This document shows positions 61,769 to 64,000 of a stretch of DNA of 64,000 nucleotides, piece by piece. The notes under the pieces are model-generated. The model made no database searches. It was given only the letters and a program-made list of their open reading frames with translations, and was not told the origin of the DNA. Positions within the stretch are counted from its first letter, which is position 1, and each line of letters begins with the position of its first letter. The translations under genes and the position numbers were made by a program. The DNA comes from Octopus bimaculoides (Eukaryota): assembly GCF_001194135.2 (NCBI RefSeq), contig NC_068982.1, forward strand, positions 65,705,891 through 65,769,890, in the 5' to 3' direction.

Positions 61769-63233
61769 GTTAGATAAGTAGATAGGAGCTGGTGAGCCAG
61801 AAGACTGCACCAAACTTGCATGTGCAGGTGTGGGTGTGTGTGTGTGTGTGCATTTGTGTATGCATGTGAGTGTGTGTGTATGTCAGTGTTTTTGTTTACA
61901 TTTGTATGCCTGTGAGAATCACCGAGCTACAAGTAATGACAACATTGTCATTTCTGTCAACAAATCTACCACTGGTTTTGTACCTTTGAAAATGTGTGGA
62001 ATAAGAGATTGATTTCTTACATTACCACAAGTTCTCCAAAAGTAAGGATTCATGACAAGAATCTGGCTGTAAAACAATGTCTCAATAATTATCCATCCTA
62101 CCTATGCTAACATGGAGAAACAGACATACAAAATAATAAATGAATGAATTATGTAGGCCTAGTATATCACCAGGTTTAACACAACCATTCAGTCTCCAAG
62201 CTTACTCTATTTCAGGCATTTGGAGTGCATTCTGGTTACCTATCCACCTATATTTTTTTGCAGAGATGTTCTGAAGGACAGTGAGTATACAAATGTCACT
62301 GACCTGGGAGAGCCTATAAAAGTTATGGACACTTCCTTGCCTCTTCTGACAGATTATGACAACAAAAACAATGCGTTCTCATCATGTTTTCATTCGCCAA
62401 ATCTGTAGCTGATTGTATATTAATTCCACTTCTTTCTCTCTTCCTTTCTCCTCTCCTCATTTTCTCTTTCTCCCCACTTTCTCATTCTCTCCCCCCAATC
62501 CTCTCTTGCATCTCTCTCACCACTTTTCTCTCTTTACCAAATGAGGTAGCCATGTATCTCTTCTACAAAAGACACCTGTTTCTGTTCCTCTACCATACTG
62601 TAACCTTTCATCACCTGCTACAAAGCTACCTCCCTCAATACTACTACCCACTTAGTTGAGGGATTTTGTCCAACAAGTTACTTGGTCACCTCACTGGTGC
62701 TTGGGGCTATGTACAAAGCACACATTCTGTATAGTGATCAGCATTAGGATGGCATCCAACTAAAGAAACCATGCCAAAGCAGACATTGGAGCTTAATGCA
62801 GTCCTCTGGTTCATCAGTTCTCATCTACTCATCTGACACATGCCAGCATGGAAAACAGATGTCCTATGGTGGTGGTGATGACACTGATTTCATATGCATA
62901 TATGAAATGGGGAGGGTGGACTGACTGCTTACATTAGCACAAGTCCTCCACAATTTATGGCAGTATTGCAAAAGATCCTGTAAGAAGGGAATTTGTGGTT
63001 TTGGTGAAGGATAATACTTTCAATAGGGAAATCAAACTCTGACCCCTTAGTCTATGGAGCTCAGCATCGAAAACTGAGTGCTGTTGACAACTGTGAATCT
63101 ATAAGATAATTAAATAAATTTCCTTTGAAGTTTTACAATGAGTAGTTTGCCAGTTGTTATAAAGTTTGTACTATACATGTTTACAAAAATTAATAACAAA
63201 TTAAAGTTAGTTTAATTGATTAATTGAATCAAG

Positions 63234-63283
<50 letters not shown>

Positions 63284-63965
63284 GTTAAGTTTATTCAATC
63301 TATGTACACATATGTTGTAGATGAGTCGATCATCTTTTTCCTTTGTTATATGATGTGTATATAAACTTGTCAACATGTTTATTAAGATAGTAAGAAGTGC
63401 AATGCTAATGGATTTTGCTTCCTTTTTTTTTTATCTGGATCACATAATTGTTGATTTATTCTTTATAGTTTGTATAGCATACAAGAGAGAAGCCATAATA
63501 AAAATTATTGNNNNNNNNNNNNNNNNNNNNNNNNNNNNNNNNNNNNNNNNNNNNNNNNNNNNNNNNNNNNNNNNNNNNNNNNNNNNNNNNNNNNNNNNNN
63601 NNNNNNNNNNNNNNNNNNNNNNNNNNNNNNNNNNNNNNNNNNNNNNNNNNNNNNNNNNNNNNNNNNNNNNNNNNNNNNNNNNNNNNNNNNNNNNNNNNNN
63701 NNNNNNNNNNNNNNNNNNNNNNNNNNNNNNNNNNNNNNNNNNNNNNNNNNNNNNNNNNNNNNNNNNNNNNNNNNNNNNNNNNNNNNNNNNNNNNNNNNNN
63801 NNNNNNNNNNNNNNNNNNNNNNNNNNNNNNNNNNNNNNNNNNNNNNNNNNNNNNNNNNNNNNNNNNNNNNNNNNNNNNNNNNNNNNNNNNNNNNNNNNNN
63901 NNNNNNNNNNNNNNNNNNNNNNNNNNNNNNNNNNNNNNNNNNNNNNNNNNNNNNNNNNNNNNNNN

Positions 63966-64000
<35 letters not shown>

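Noticed and set aside
62220-62408. ORF after a tttttttgcag acceptor (RDVLKDSEY...)
   Set aside because: No recognisable homology and no linkable upstream exon; possibly decayed TE sequence.

Overview
AT-rich, repeat-dense eukaryotic DNA with 7 N-gaps. Its SINE, RTE and Helitron repertoire points to a cephalopod, probably Octopus (inference). I reconstructed three host genes by hand from splice sites. (1) Exon 1 of a lysosomal alpha-L-fucosidase (minus, 964-1325). (2) A divergent BAK-like BCL-2-family gene (minus) with BH4 (23279-23409), BH3 (14762-14903) and BH1/BH2 (11950-12112) exons; it has an unusual NQGR BH1, a one-base phase conflict, and no confidently located membrane-anchor exon. (3) A complete mitochondrial ferredoxin (FDX1-type, plus, 35736-52817). 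The standout feature is that this gene carries two tandem, intact, 46%-identical versions of its second coding exon (43448-43554 and 43618-43730). Reading frame allows only one at a time. One version encodes the FDX1 signature loop (DFDGFG-AC) and the other the shorter FDX2/Yah1-type loop (DLEG-AC) just before the first Fe-S cysteine. The rest is mostly transposon debris: CRE, Penelope-like (with hammerhead-like motifs), Gypsy, RTE, CR1, Tc1, Merlin, Helitron, SINEs, a TG..TA solo-LTR-like family with a 3' hairpin, and TTAGGG-core foldbacks. All homology calls come from recognising motifs by eye; no database search was run.
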